Positions 39,920 to 51,858 of a stretch of 64,000 nt of DNA are shown piece by piece. Numbering within the stretch: the first letter of the stretch is position 1; each line of letters starts with the position of its first letter. The stretch is from Caecitellus pseudoparvulus (taxonomy: Eukaryota > Protista > Bigyra: Bicosoecida): NCBI GenBank assembly GCA_965644315.1, contig CBFFRQ010000032.1:186001-250000 (forward strand). Reading direction: 5' to 3'. The notes under the pieces are model-generated. The model saw only the letters and a program-made list of their open reading frames with translations, had not been told where the DNA came from and ran no database searches. The position numbers and the translations under genes are program-made.

Positions 39920-42900
39920 ATGCAGCCGTTTCGCGGCGTCCGGGGACGGCCCCGCACGGCCCACTTGCACCCTGCGCCACCGGGAGAGCCCGCCCCGCTC
40001 CTGCACACCTTAACTGTGCACAGGCGGGCGACAGCAGTGCCTGGCCGATCTCGCCCAGCTAGCGCAGGGGCAGCTTCGACCGCTTCAGCGGCGGACCAGT
40101 ACACTGCGCTGCCTCCCTCCCTCCGGAAAGCCCAGGCACGCTTTGCAAAGGTCATGCAGTTCTCCCAGCGGTTCGACAAAAAGGTTGATCAAAAGTTAGC
40201 CCGCCTGCGTGAAGAGGAGTCCAAAGGCATCCTGGCTGCCCGGCAGGAGTTGCGCAGGTCATTGGTGAGTGTCGCTGCGACCACTCTCCCTTCGCGCCTT
40301 CGGGTCTTGCCATACGCTCGCGGAGAGGCTACATGCGCTGTCCTCTGGAGTTCCCAACCGAAATGGTGATTGGGTTTCATCTTTTTGCGTTGGTGCTCCC
40401 CAAGGCTGTGCCTTTGCTCTCTTCCCGGCGATGCTGAGCCGTGTGGCGCTCAACGCTCATCACCAATCCTTGGTCGGTTCACAGGCGCAGGGGAAGGACG
40501 GCCCGGCATCGAGTGGGCAAGGGATTAAATCTTCTAGTCGTCAGCAAAGGTCAAGTGCCATCTCGAAGCATGCCCGCTCGCTGTCTCGGAAGCCTCTCTC
40601 TGTGGATGTAACGGAAGCACGTGCAGGGCACGGTTCAGCACACAGCGCCAGCACGCACCAACTGCGACAACTGCTGGGAGTGGCCACCCCAACAGGAAAT
40701 GTGGCTCTCTCTGACCGAAAACGGGCGGTGGGCTTGGTGGAGCTGCTGCTGTCCCGTTGTGAGGTGGTGCAGGCGGAAAGCAGCGCGGGTGACTCAGAGC
40801 CTGTTGCGTTGCTGCAACTTGACGCAGATCTGCGTGCTGCGTTGCAACGCGTGTTGCAGGAAGTGGAACAACACGAACAAGCTGAGCAGCGGTGGAATGC
40901 GGCCCTCAGGGCAAGAGCAGCCGCTGGCGAGGACGGCGATGGACATGCGTCGGTGCAGAGTGACGCTGCGGCCAGCACGCTTCATGGTGCAGCCACGCCC
41001 GAAAGGACAGAGAGTGATGAGTCATGCACTTCTTTCACTGAGAGTGGGGCCTCGTCTCAGCAGCAGCAGTCAAGTGGAGACGGCGTGGGGAGCAGTGCAG
41101 TGCTCCCGCCGCCCAGGACGGGGCAGGCGACAGAGCTTAGAGTGCGCACCAGGGCCCCGAGTGGCATTGATGCAGAGAGCATTGATGGGCCATCAAGTGT
41201 CCTGGGTGATGCCGATGAAGCGGCTGCGTGGGGAGCCTTGACCGCGCTGGCTGTGGCCTCCGGCACGGGGCAGGGGGACATTCACCTGGGCATGGGCATA
41301 GACCTGGGCTTGCACGTAGGCGCCGGGTTGAACCTGACGGGGCCGGGGGCCATCGGCCTTGGCACTGGCTTCGACCAGAACGAGGTGGCCTTGCACAGAA
41401 CCCACGTGCCAGATGAGGTGGACTTGCTGCCTGTGGATGAGTGCGTGAGTGAGCCGGGCACGCCCCCCGGCATGGAAGACCCCCTGGTTGAGCTGCCTCC
41501 CAAGATGTGGGCTGATGTGCACGACTACATCGCCAAGCCTGACGGGCACTTCCAGCGCGCCTCGCGGCGGCGCCAGCGTGAAGCCTACGCACAGCATGCC
41601 CTGCGGCACAGTGGGGCTGGGAAAGCGGTGCAGCGCGCTCAGTCAGGCAGCTCGGCACCCTTGACACCCACCTCGGGCTCGGCATATAATTCGCGAGCCC
41701 CTGTCTTGCCTCCCGGTGCAGCGAAAGCGAGGCCCCGCAAGGTGGGCCCAGGTGTGGCTGCATATTTCCGCACGGCCAATGCCCGGGATGAAGGCACAGA
41801 CACTCGCCTCGCTCAGCGCAGCATGGACTTGTTGGCTCGCACAGCCCGCGATGTACCTCCCTCACAATCACGCAAGGAGCGGGGAATGGTGCGCCGCGCA
41901 GCTCGCCAGGCCCGACAGGTCGCCGTCGGCGACCAGGTTGCAGGCGACTCAGATGATGGCTCTTCGGATGAGGAGCGCCGCGGCGTTGACACTGCTGCGG
42001 CAGACCTGGAGGATGCACTGGCTGTCAGTGGCGGCGGCGACATGTACCGTGGCGTGCAGCTGTTGCTGCATGAGATCGCCCGAGTCACTGGCACACCCGC
42101 TTCTGCTGCGCTGCAGCGACACCTTGCTGAGCTCGCGAACCCTCAAGTGAAGGACACTGCAGGCCCCTCAGAAGATGCAGCTGGCAAGCCACCACCCCTT
42201 CGACAGGGTGACATGTCCGCCTTGCCTGCCCTGCGTGCTCGTGCAGCTGGGCGCCGCCGCGCCAGGCAGGCTCAGGGCGAAGAGACGGTGGCAGCGTCCG
42301 AGACGCAGCTGGCGCACCGGCTGGCCCGCCGCCTCATGCACCGTGCCAAGATGAGCGCCTCGGTCGCCGCACGCAGCGCTCAAGACGCCGCCAAGACCGC
42401 CGAGGCGGAGGCACTCAAGGTGCACTGTGCTATGTACCCCATCGGCGGCGGTGGCGGTGCTGGTGCAGTGCAGCAAGCCCTGACACGCACAGCGCTGCAG
42501 GAGGCGGCAGCAGCTTCCCGCCGCCGCATGCAGGGCTCTGAGGCTGCAGCGGGCGATGTGTCGCCTACCAAGCCGCGGCCCAAGGGCTCCCGCCGCCGGA
42601 CGCTGCCCGACCGAGATCCAGACTTGCGGCGGCGGTGGGCCCACCTGCGGCGCTCGGCCCGCCGCCCTCAGGAGGCGCATGGCATGAGCACTGCGCCAGG
42701 CTCGGGCGGAGCAGGGCGCCCGGGGCACCCACGCCCCTCATCGTACATGTTTGCCAGCCAGCCCGGGGACCGCGTGCCTGTCGCGGGGGCTTGGGCCACA
42801 CACATAACCCTGCCCGCTGTGTCCGTGCACCGCATCATCCAGCTCGTGCAGCAGTACCGACTGGATGATGCGGACAATGCCGAAGCTCTAGACACGGATG

Positions 42901-45900
42901 GCCTGGCCTTGCCTGAGGAGGGTGCCGACAGTGCCTCCCTGAGTCCCAGAGCCACCCCGCGTGCAGGAGGCCAAGCAAGCCCAAGGGGGGTGAGTGATGG
43001 AGAGCTGGTGCTGGAGACGGGGGGTGAGCTGGGCAAAGGAGTCGTGCTCGTCTCACCCCGTGCAGGCGCACCTGCCACTGCCCGGTGGGGTGCCGGCGGC
43101 ACCGGGCGCCTGTCGCCACGGGACAGGCGCGGCTCGCCACGCGCAGGCAGTGAACAGAGCGCCTCCCCGCGACCCAAGCCACTCCCCGGCAAACTGGACC
43201 TGCGCCTGGCAACTCCGCAAGACGGGCGTGTCAAGGCCCGCATCCAGGCGGCCGAGGAGACTGCGCGCAAAGCGCTGCTGGATGCAGGCGACACAGGCTC
43301 GACTAGCCCTCGGCATGGACACCGCCGCAGCAGCTCCCAGCCCCTGGCTGACGCTCTGGAGATGCTCAAGGCAACGGAAGGAGATGCGGCCCTGGCAGAG
43401 CAGGCAGCCGCTGCACTGAGCAAGAATGAAGCTGAGCTGAAGGCCAAGGTGCGTGCAGGAGCCGCCGAGCTGCCGCTGGGCAGCGCCGAAGAAACTGCCA
43501 GCGCACGAAAGGCATTCGAAGCCATGGTCGGGACGACGATCCGAGATCGCGTGGAGCATGTTGGTTCGGATGGCTTGCCAGTGGAGACTGGCAGCGATGA
43601 CGCCTCTGAGGCAGGCTCGGTATCTGCAGCCTCGGGGGTTGCGCCGAGTGCATGGGGGGAGTGGCGAACTGGTCGACGGCAAACGGCCATCACGCCCCTC
43701 GCACACCGCTCCCCGCAACACAGCCGCAGACAACGGCCGTCGTCTGCCGCCTCCTCCGCAAGCAGTGTGGATGGCAGGCAGCTGCCCGACCCAGCTGCCA
43801 TGACAGAGAGTGCCCTGTCCCTTGCTCGTACAGAAGCAGTGGCAGAGCTTCAGGTTGGCGTCCCACTGTGGAGCACTGATGTGCATTTGAGGCACACGCT
43901 GACTGAGGCAGTGCAGGGACACCGACACGCCAAGCATACCAAGGCTTCACAGCCCGCTGGCGAGCAAGTGCCTCCGAACCAGCCGCCGTGCTTGTCAGAA
44001 ACCCTCGCTGCGGCAACAAGCCGCACGGAGCTTCCTCCCCGCCCTGCGTCGACCAAGGTCGCCCACTTCACACAAGAGTTGCAAGCGAAGCCGCAGGATG
44101 TGCTGGCTTTGACCCACACTGTGAAGCACAGCATGCCTGCACATGCCGGTGTGTCTCCCTTTGTCGTGGCAGCAGGGTCTGCGAACTCACAGCGCGCGCC
44201 GGAGAGGAAGCTGCGACCTGCTCGAACACGGCGCAAGGACGCGCAAGGCGCGCTGCCAGTCAGCGTCGTGCCGACCCCGGTTGATGCACGAATCGGGAGT
44301 GTTTGGACGGGCACTGAAGGCAGTGTGAAGCGCATTTTGAACGCTCAGCGCGTACATGATGCGCTGGAAGGACGCACTGGGCCGCCAGTTGTCCCGCACA
44401 GTGCGGCAGTCGTAGCAGAGGCGAAGAATGCCAGTGAGGGCAGTGACGATGACTTGGCCGTCGATGTGGGGGGTGATGGGGAGGCACTTGGAATGGCCCC
44501 GACGAGGCAGCAGGCCACCTCTCCTCGCCCGCGCCTGGACCGCAAGGAGAGCCATGGGGACCTGGCGCAGGAGGATGCCTCCCAAGCGTTCGCACCCCCA
44601 ACGGACCCCAGCAGGGGGGCCACAGAAAAGCGCCTCAATGCGGAGGCCCTGCAAAAATGTGGTGGGGTTCGCGGAGCAGGGCCCCGCCGCGGCGGGCGCT
44701 CAGGCTCCCCGCTGCCCTTGGAAGAACAGACAGCTGCACCTCGTGCCGTCCAGTGGGGCAGCGGGACCGCCACCTCCCCTGCCCTGCTTGAACAGCATGC
44801 TTCCCACCCAGAACGAGTCTTTGGCTCGCCAAGTGTAACTCCTGGGCACACCGTCCTGTCCCGCTTGTTGCCGCGCCCAATTGGAGCGACGTCTGTCTTG
44901 CGAAGGGTGCGGACTGGTGGCTCCACCACCACACCCAAGCGAGCCGCCGCAGGCACATCACCTGCTCGCACGCCCAACAGCACGGCAGCCCCAAGCAGTC
45001 TTAGCACACCCTTCACTTTGTCCCCAAGCCCTGAGCGGCAACCCGGTCCAGCCCCCACGACCACGCCGCGCCTTGTGTTTCGAGCGCCGTCGTTTCGGGA
45101 GGCTCAGCATGGGCCCAGCCCCGCCTCACAAGGTGCCGAGGGGGACGATGTGTCTTTTCACAGCAGTGAGGAAGGCAAGGCCCCACGAGACGTTTCCGGG
45201 GGATCCCAGGCGTCCAGTGGCAGCCCCTCGACACTTCCTGGCAGCCCAGTCGCTCGCGGTTCGCCAGGGCTGAACGTAGGTAAGTTCCGGAAACTGCTGG
45301 CCATGCAAGGCGCAGTGGCCCGCCTCAGCAGCGTCGTTGGCCGGAAAAATGCCCGCAGCAAGCGCAACAGCCTCCTACGGGTGGCGCAACTGGCGAACGC
45401 GCAGCAGAACCTCGCAGTTTCCGCGGCGGCCGGCGGCGACGATACGCTGACAGCGGCTGACGTGCAACGAGCAGCCGAGCAGCTGGCAGCGGCCGAGGTG
45501 GCTGGGGCGCTGTCTGTGGCTGGGCACATGGTGGATCCCATTGTCGGGCCCAAAGTGTCTGTGATGGTGTCCGAGGTGAATGATGCCTCAGCCGTCGTTG
45601 CGCGCATGCCGTGGAGCGAAGTGGGCACGGACGCCTTGCGCGCCCCACGGACAGCGCTGCAGGCCCTCACAGAAGAGGACATCGCAGAAGGCAGAGTGGA
45701 TCGAGCAGCCGATTTTGACCCCTTTGGAGCCCGGGGCACACTTGGACTGCCTTCAACTGACACGGGCCTGGACTACGGCGAGTACAGTGCAGAGAGGCGA
45801 GAATGGAGCACCGCTCTGCACGCTCGAGCCACTAGCGCGGTGCAAAAGGCTCTGTACAAGGCGCAGCCCTGGTGGCATCGTGCTGAACCCGGGGAAGAAG

Positions 45901-46955
45901 CAGCCACCCTTGCCGATGAGCCGCCTGCGCAGCAAGTTGGAAGCGCGCCGAGTCCGGCTGCTGAGGCCAACCGACCTGCGCCGCCACAGCCTTCAGTCGG
46001 TCCTCCGTCGAGCAAAGACGGCAGCTTTGACGAAGACTTGGCGGGGCTCAACCTGGAGGGCATGGGAGAAACCCTTGCTCTGTCCGCTTCCGCAGTGGCG
46101 TCAGGCCTGGTTGCGCGCCTGCGCCACCGGGAAAAGCGGCCAAGCGCCGTGTCCTGGGCGACACGCACAAGCGCCGCAAGTGATGGCGAACCAGGCGGCA
46201 AGTCACGCGCTCCAGTGGAAGAGGGGGGTGAAAGCAGCTTCAAGATCAAACATGAGCGGGACATTCGCCCCAGCGTTGCTTCTCTGACGGTGCGCCGCGG
46301 CCAGAGGGGTGCGGCGCAGAAGGGGCAAGGTGTCAGCGCAGTGCCACGCCAGGTGGAGCCTAGTGTGAGCATGGTGGCGTTGGCATCCGTGCCATCTGTC
46401 GCACAGTCGTTGGGCGGTGCAGATGATGATGTGGCCTCAGTCAGCTCACACTTGGCACATGTGACAGGAACTGCAGGGGGCGAAGTGGCAGTCGGAGCAC
46501 GCAGTGTCGGGCAACAGGGAAGAAACTCACAAGGTGACCCCGACGTGCAGCTGTCATTGGAGCAAAAGATACAGCTTCATGGTGCAGCTGCGCTGCGAGC
46601 TGGTCAGACTGCCGAGTTCCAGCCACGGCACACACATCGTCGTGCTGAGGCCATGCCCCGCTGCTTCGCGGATGCTGTGCAGTTCCGCTTGACTGGGGTG
46701 AAGGCTCACACCCAAGAAGGCGCGAAGAAAGTTCGCAAGGCTGCGCAATCCGCTGTGCGAAAGTACCAGCGGAGGGAGCTGAGCAAGCTGAAGAGTGCCC
46801 AAGAACACCACCAGCGGGAAGTGGCCATTCGCAGCGCAGCCATGAGCGCTGTGAACGATGTCATGTCCGACATTGCCCTGAGCCGCCGTCGCCACGTGCA
46901 CCGCGCAGCTTTCGGCGTGCAGGATCGCCCGCCGACCATGAAGGACTCTGAATGA
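39920..46955 (+). CDS. Large, mostly disordered hypothetical protein (>2,200 aa) with terminal coiled coils; start uncertain; predicted intron 40265-40484
   Basis: 6.5-kb open frame. An upstream coiled-coil exon (FDKKVDQKLARLREEESKGILAARQELRRSL) joins it in frame via GTGAGT...TTCACAG. Ser/Pro/Arg/Ala-rich. Confidence 0.65.
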
Positions 46956-47007
46956 CTTGGTGCCGGTGCTGCAAGAATGCATTCGAAGCGAAGCCCCTCC
47001 AGACGAC

Positions 47008-49812
47008 TCAGACTGCCTCCACCAGCTTGGGGCAGCGAGGGAACTTGAGGGACTGAAAGCCAGCCTTGGCTTGTACGGACCCAGCATACTTCGCCAACAG
47101 CTCCTGCGGCCAGCCAGCCTTGTGCAGGACAGCTACAATTGCAGGTGGGGTTGGCACTTGCATGATCTGTTCTGGGGTCAAGTGTTCCGCGTCTCCACTG
47201 TGAACCAGGGCAGAATGCGCGAGCGCAGTGCAGGCTTCGATCCAAGCGGGCTCTGTGCCTGAGGAGCCATGCTCCAGTCGAGGAGCAGGGCTTTCCAAGC
47301 ATTCGAGGAGACGAATGACAGCCGCTTCCGCACTCTTCGCATATGGGGCGCTGGCATCCCACTGAGGGGCTTTGCGTGCTGTGTTGTACAAGTGACGCGC
47401 CGAAACTGCCAGCATCCACTGCTGCGTCCCATCCAAGTCCCGCAAAGCCGCTCGCAAAGCTGCCGGCTGACGAAGAGCAACCGGCTTAGAAGGGCGAGTA
47501 TCGAACACGAGCTTGTGCAGGGCCAGGGACAGCAGGCCTGCCGCGGATTCGGCAGACACCTCTCGTATGCTAGTGGCAACTGCAAGCAGCTGCACAAGGT
47601 CGGGCGTGGACCACTGCGTGGCGCGGGTGGCCTGGGAATGCTGATTGACACGACATGTCTTGGACTCGTTTGCCGTGGCTGTGCCCGAGTGTGCTTGCAA
47701 GTACGTGCCAATGCCTGTGGAGGTAGCTGCTGCGTGTTTTTGTGCCCGGTGGCTGGACGGCTTGGGGGGAAAGAGCTCGCTGCCGAAACCCGGGACTTTC
47801 CCCTCATGCTGCACGGCGCGGCGAAGCAGAGGCTCAATGAAGCGGTCTGTGACTAGCTGAGGGTCAATTCCAGCAGGGGAGTTCTTCGCACCCACTGACC
47901 TCACGCCTGCCTGCGCCATGGCGGCGGACAGGTCGCGCTCTGCCCCTTCGTCCCCTGCCCGTAGCTCAGCTGCCGCTCTAAACGGATCGCTGCGGTGCAG
48001 ATTCACCGCTTGTGGGTGCACATGGCTGCGTAGTGCCACGGCCAGCAGCGCCCGCATGCCACTGTGGGGCGGCAGAGCTGCACATGCGCTGACGCTGAGC
48101 ACCGCTTGCAGCAAAGCTGGCGGAGCGCCTTTCCCAATGGCAGCGGGAACAGAGGCAAAGTACGCTGCGTATTGTAAGGCACTTGCAATTTGGTGGGGTT
48201 TCCAATGCAGTGCTGGCAATGTGGCAAGGTACTGCGCCATGGCGTGGGGTGACAGGTCCCGCAAGCGCGGACTGACCTGCCGCCCTGCCACAGCCGCCAA
48301 CTGCCCATCCTGCAGCCCAACAGTGGCCAGGGAGCGCAGAAGCGAGGTGATTTCTCGCGGCTCGGGGGCAACTGGTCGTACAGGCGCATACGAGCGCTTG
48401 GTGGAGCGTTTTCCGTGCGTTAGGGCGTCAGGGGGGGGGTCAGCGTGATGCAACATGGCGGCTGTCGCGCTTTTCACTGCAGTCACGACCAGCGGCTTCA
48501 AAACTGCTGCCTCGGGGCTGTCAGCAGCCAGCTGCTGATGAGCCCAAGCTGCATGGTCCGCCAATGCTGCCACTTGTTGCCCCGTGCCTCGCCCCAGGCG
48601 CTGGGGGTGCTGTGCGGCCTGCAGCAGCAATGCCCACAGAGGCACGTCAACCAGGCCAAGCTTGCGGTAGCCTGACGCGATGGAAATGAGGCCTACGAGG
48701 GACTGCTTGCGCATGCTTGCCATGAGGGCAGGTCGCAAGCTTTGCATAACTTGCGCTGTGGGTGTCAAGGATCCATCTCGGTGGAGGCAGAGTGACGGCG
48801 TGCTTGACTTGGCGATGGCGTGGGTGAGGTTGGCCAGCACCTGCGGCGTGACGCTGGCCTTGGCCAGCGCCGTCTCCAGGTGGGCGGGGGGGAGGTCAGC
48901 CACAGACTGAATGGCCCGCTGCAGCTTGTGCGTCGCCAGACTCAGCAATACGTGCACGCTCTCCGCATTGGTCGCAGGGGGCGGCGCGGGCCGGCCTTGG
49001 TGAAAAGCGTACATCTCGCGCAGGTGCTGGGGTGACGGGACTGCCACGGCGCTGCCTGGCGCCAGGGACACGGCAGACGTCGCCATGCTGACTGCTTCGA
49101 TGAGAGACACGTGCTTGCGGAGGCGAGCGGCCCGCTCGGCAGCCTGTGCCAGCACCTGTGCGTCGGCCGCCCCGGCCATGCTCAAACCGTGCAAAAACTG
49201 CACCAAGTCCTTGGCGTTGAAGCGCCTGAAGCGGCCCCTGGCCGCACCAACCACACCTTGCACTAACTGGGGCATGGCCATGCCAGAACGCCCCACGGCG
49301 TACAGCGTGGAGGACAGTGAGCGTGGGTTGAGAGCAGGCGCATCAGGCTTGCCAGCCGCCAGCTCCGCCAGCATACTGCTCTGCAAGTCTGCCATGCGCG
49401 CAGTGAAGGTTTGCAGGGGCAGTGGTTGGCGCTTGTGGGGTGCAACTTCCTTCTGCAGTGCAAGGACTCGCTGCAGCGCCGAGGCGTGGGCAATGGCGTC
49501 TGCGGAGTGCGCCTCGGCAGACCACACCTCCAGGGCCTCGCCGGCTGTCCGGCACGACCGCAGCAAGCCGTGGATGTAGGCAGCTGGGGAATCAGTTGCA
49601 CGGCGCTCGGCAGGTGCAGGACGACTCTGGTACACCTTCACTGCTCGCTTGCTCTTCGGGGCTTTGGCCAGTGCGTCCCCGACTGAGGACTCCACAGCCG
49701 TCGTTGAGCTGGTTCTCACTGCATGAAACGCTGGGATGAAACTGCGCCCGACCCTGCAAGCCACCCCAGAGCGCCCTCTGAGCGAGGCAGCCGCAGCCGC
49801 GGCCACAATCAT
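47008..49812 (-). CDS. Helical-repeat (OPR/FASTK-like) organellar RNA-binding protein
   Basis: Presequence-like N-terminus; repeated units LNPRSLSSTLYAVGR, FNAKDLVQFLHGLSM, VTPQVLANLTHAIAK, PEPREITSLLRSLATVG and LSPHAMAQYLATL. Confidence 0.7.
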   Translation of the reverse strand: MIVAAAAAASLRGRSGVACRVGRSFIPAFHAVRTSSTTAVESSVGDALAKAPKSKRAVKVYQSRPAPAERRATDSPAAYIHGLLRSCRTAGEALEVWSAEAHSADAIAHASALQRVLALQKEVAPHKRQPLPLQTFTARMADLQSSMLAELAAGKPDAPALNPRSLSSTLYAVGRSGMAMPQLVQGVVGAARGRFRRFNAKDLVQFLHGLSMAGAADAQVLAQAAERAARLRKHVSLIEAVSMATSAVSLAPGSAVAVPSPQHLREMYAFHQGRPAPPPATNAESVHVLLSLATHKLQRAIQSVADLPPAHLETALAKASVTPQVLANLTHAIAKSSTPSLCLHRDGSLTPTAQVMQSLRPALMASMRKQSLVGLISIASGYRKLGLVDVPLWALLLQAAQHPQRLGRGTGQQVAALADHAAWAHQQLAADSPEAAVLKPLVVTAVKSATAAMLHHADPPPDALTHGKRSTKRSYAPVRPVAPEPREITSLLRSLATVGLQDGQLAAVAGRQVSPRLRDLSPHAMAQYLATLPALHWKPHQIASALQYAAYFASVPAAIGKGAPPALLQAVLSVSACAALPPHSGMRALLAVALRSHVHPQAVNLHRSDPFRAAAELRAGDEGAERDLSAAMAQAGVRSVGAKNSPAGIDPQLVTDRFIEPLLRRAVQHEGKVPGFGSELFPPKPSSHRAQKHAAATSTGIGTYLQAHSGTATANESKTCRVNQHSQATRATQWSTPDLVQLLAVATSIREVSAESAAGLLSLALHKLVFDTRPSKPVALRQPAALRAALRDLDGTQQWMLAVSARHLYNTARKAPQWDASAPYAKSAEAAVIRLLECLESPAPRLEHGSSGTEPAWIEACTALAHSALVHSGDAEHLTPEQIMQVPTPPAIVAVLHKAGWPQELLAKYAGSVQAKAGFQSLKFPRCPKLVEAV

Positions 49813-50163
49813 TGTGGGAACTGGGCTAGTGTTGCTAAGACAGTGGCCAGCCCGTCCTGCCCTCTGCAGTGCAGCCTGGAAGTAGCCAGGCAGGCAAGTA
49901 CTCCTCCAGGTGCTGGCTTGTGAGAGTTCCTGGGAAGTGGCACTTTGTCGTACGGCTCAAAACGTCGGCCCAGCGTATTTCCACAGGGCGCACATTTTTG
50001 TTGTATGCCTTACAAGTCTTAGTGCCAACTCTCCTGTTGCGCGGCACGCTCCCCTCACAGGCATCCACAAGAGTTTCGTGCACATCACACGCCCCAGCAC
50101 TTCTGCCAGGCTTTGAGGTAAATCTGGACGGATACGGCGAAACCTTGGGCTGAAGACGTGTAA

Positions 50164-51824
50164 ATGGCATCTCAGGAGTATGTTATCAGCAAAGAGACAG
50201 AGCTCCGCGTCGTGGTGGGGGCAAAGGGAACCTGTACCGTGAGGGTGAGTGCGGAAGCGAAACGCAGGCAAGGGACACGCCTCGCCTGCGCACGAGCGGC
50301 ACTACGCCCGCGCTCCCTTTGCCACACAGCTCACACAAGGCACTGCCGAAATCTTCGGTGCAGAGCTGGTGGAAGGGAAGGAGTACTCTTTCCAGCCCAA
50401 GAGCACGTTCTCCGTCTTCAGCTGGCTCGGCGCAACGGTGAGTAGCCACGTGACCTGCCCGTGCTTTCCTGCCACACACCCCATGCCCACCTCTGAGCAT
50501 GCAAGCCACCCCCCTCTACCCCCTGCGACAGGTGAGCCTTGTCGGGGATTTGTCCGAGGAGGTCCCCCCCACTTGCAGCTCAGACACCACGGTGGCATCC
50601 ATTGTGGCGATTCACCAGCGCTTGGAGGCGCGGCGGCAGGCAGCCGCCTCCACTGGCTCCTATGGCCCTCGAGTAATGGTTGCGGGGCCCACAGACGTTG
50701 GCAAGTCCACCATGGTGCGCACACTGGCGACTTACGCGGCTCGGCTGGGCTGGGCGCCGACCCTTGTGGACTTGGACGTGGGACAGGGTGACACGCTGGC
50801 ACCGGGCTGCATTGCCGCCTCACCTGTCGACATCCGGTGCGTGGACCCGGCCGCAGACGGAGGGTGGCAAGGCCGGACGCCGCTTGTGTACTTCCCTGGC
50901 TCCACCAACCCTGATGCTGTCATGCCTGTGTGGGAGCACCACACCTGCCAGCTCGCCCGCGGAGTCAATGCTCGCATGGTGTCCGATGCGACTGCGCGGG
51001 CATCTGGGCTGTTCATCAACACGGCAGGTTGGGTGGAAGGTAAGGGCTACGGCATGCTTTTGCACGCTGCCAAGGCGTTCAACGCTGACGTTGTGCTGGT
51101 GCTGGGACAAGAGACGCTGGTCACTCGGCTCAAGTCTGCGAAAGGACTGGCCGACATCCAGCTGCCGCCCCTGCCCACCCCTGCTGCAGACCCCGTTGCA
51201 GCCAAGACAGGGGGAGCGCTGGCCTCCAGCTCCACTGCCAGCGCACCCAGTGCTGCGGCAGGGGGCGCACAAGCTGGGGCAGGTGCAGGTGCCACAGAGA
51301 CGGATGCAGCAGAGGTGGAGGAGGGGGCGTGGTCTGCTCAGCCGGCTTTGCCCCCGCGCCCCCACACCACTGCAATTGTGTACGTGAAGCGATCTGCAGG
51401 CGTGGTGCCGCGATCCAGGGTGGTGCGGCAGCAGAGCAGGAACGAGCGAGTGCGTCAGTACTTCTACGGTGCCCAGGGCGACCTCATGCCCACTGCGCAC
51501 ACACTGCTCTTGGAGGAGGTGCACGTCGTGTCCGTGGGGGGTGGCGTGCTGGATGCCCTGCTGCTGCCTGTGGGCAAGGAGTCCCTCTTGCACCCACTCC
51601 GCGTGACAGAGTTGAGTGACAGCGAGCTGGAAGACCTCGTGCACCAGGTGCTGGCAGTTTCCTTTGCCAGCAAGCAGGACGCCGTCCCTCACGTGAACGT
51701 CGCTGGTTTTGTGCATGTGCTGGGCGTGGATGTTGCCAAGGGCACCATGCGAGTCATGAGCCCCAACTCCAAGAAGCTGCCCGGCAAGTTCCTCATCTGC
51801 GGCAGCGTGAAGTGGGTCCCCTGA
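50164..51824 (+). CDS. CLP1: CLP1 polynucleotide 5'-kinase / mRNA cleavage factor; introns 50245-50329, 50438-50531
   Basis: ETELR...LTQGTAEIFGAEL N-domain; GPRVMVAGPTDVGKST P-loop; VDLDVGQG; INTAGWV; RQYFYG; NVAGFVHV. Confidence 0.94.
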
Positions 51825-51858
51825 GCCACCTCGCCTCTTCAGCTAGAATGCATTCCGC

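Noticed and set aside
49922-50033. Possible long stem (GAGAGTT...GGCACT / AGTGCC-AACTCTC) in the divergent gap before CLP1
   Set aside because: Pairing needs a 10-nt bulge and matches no RNA family I know; it is plausible by chance.
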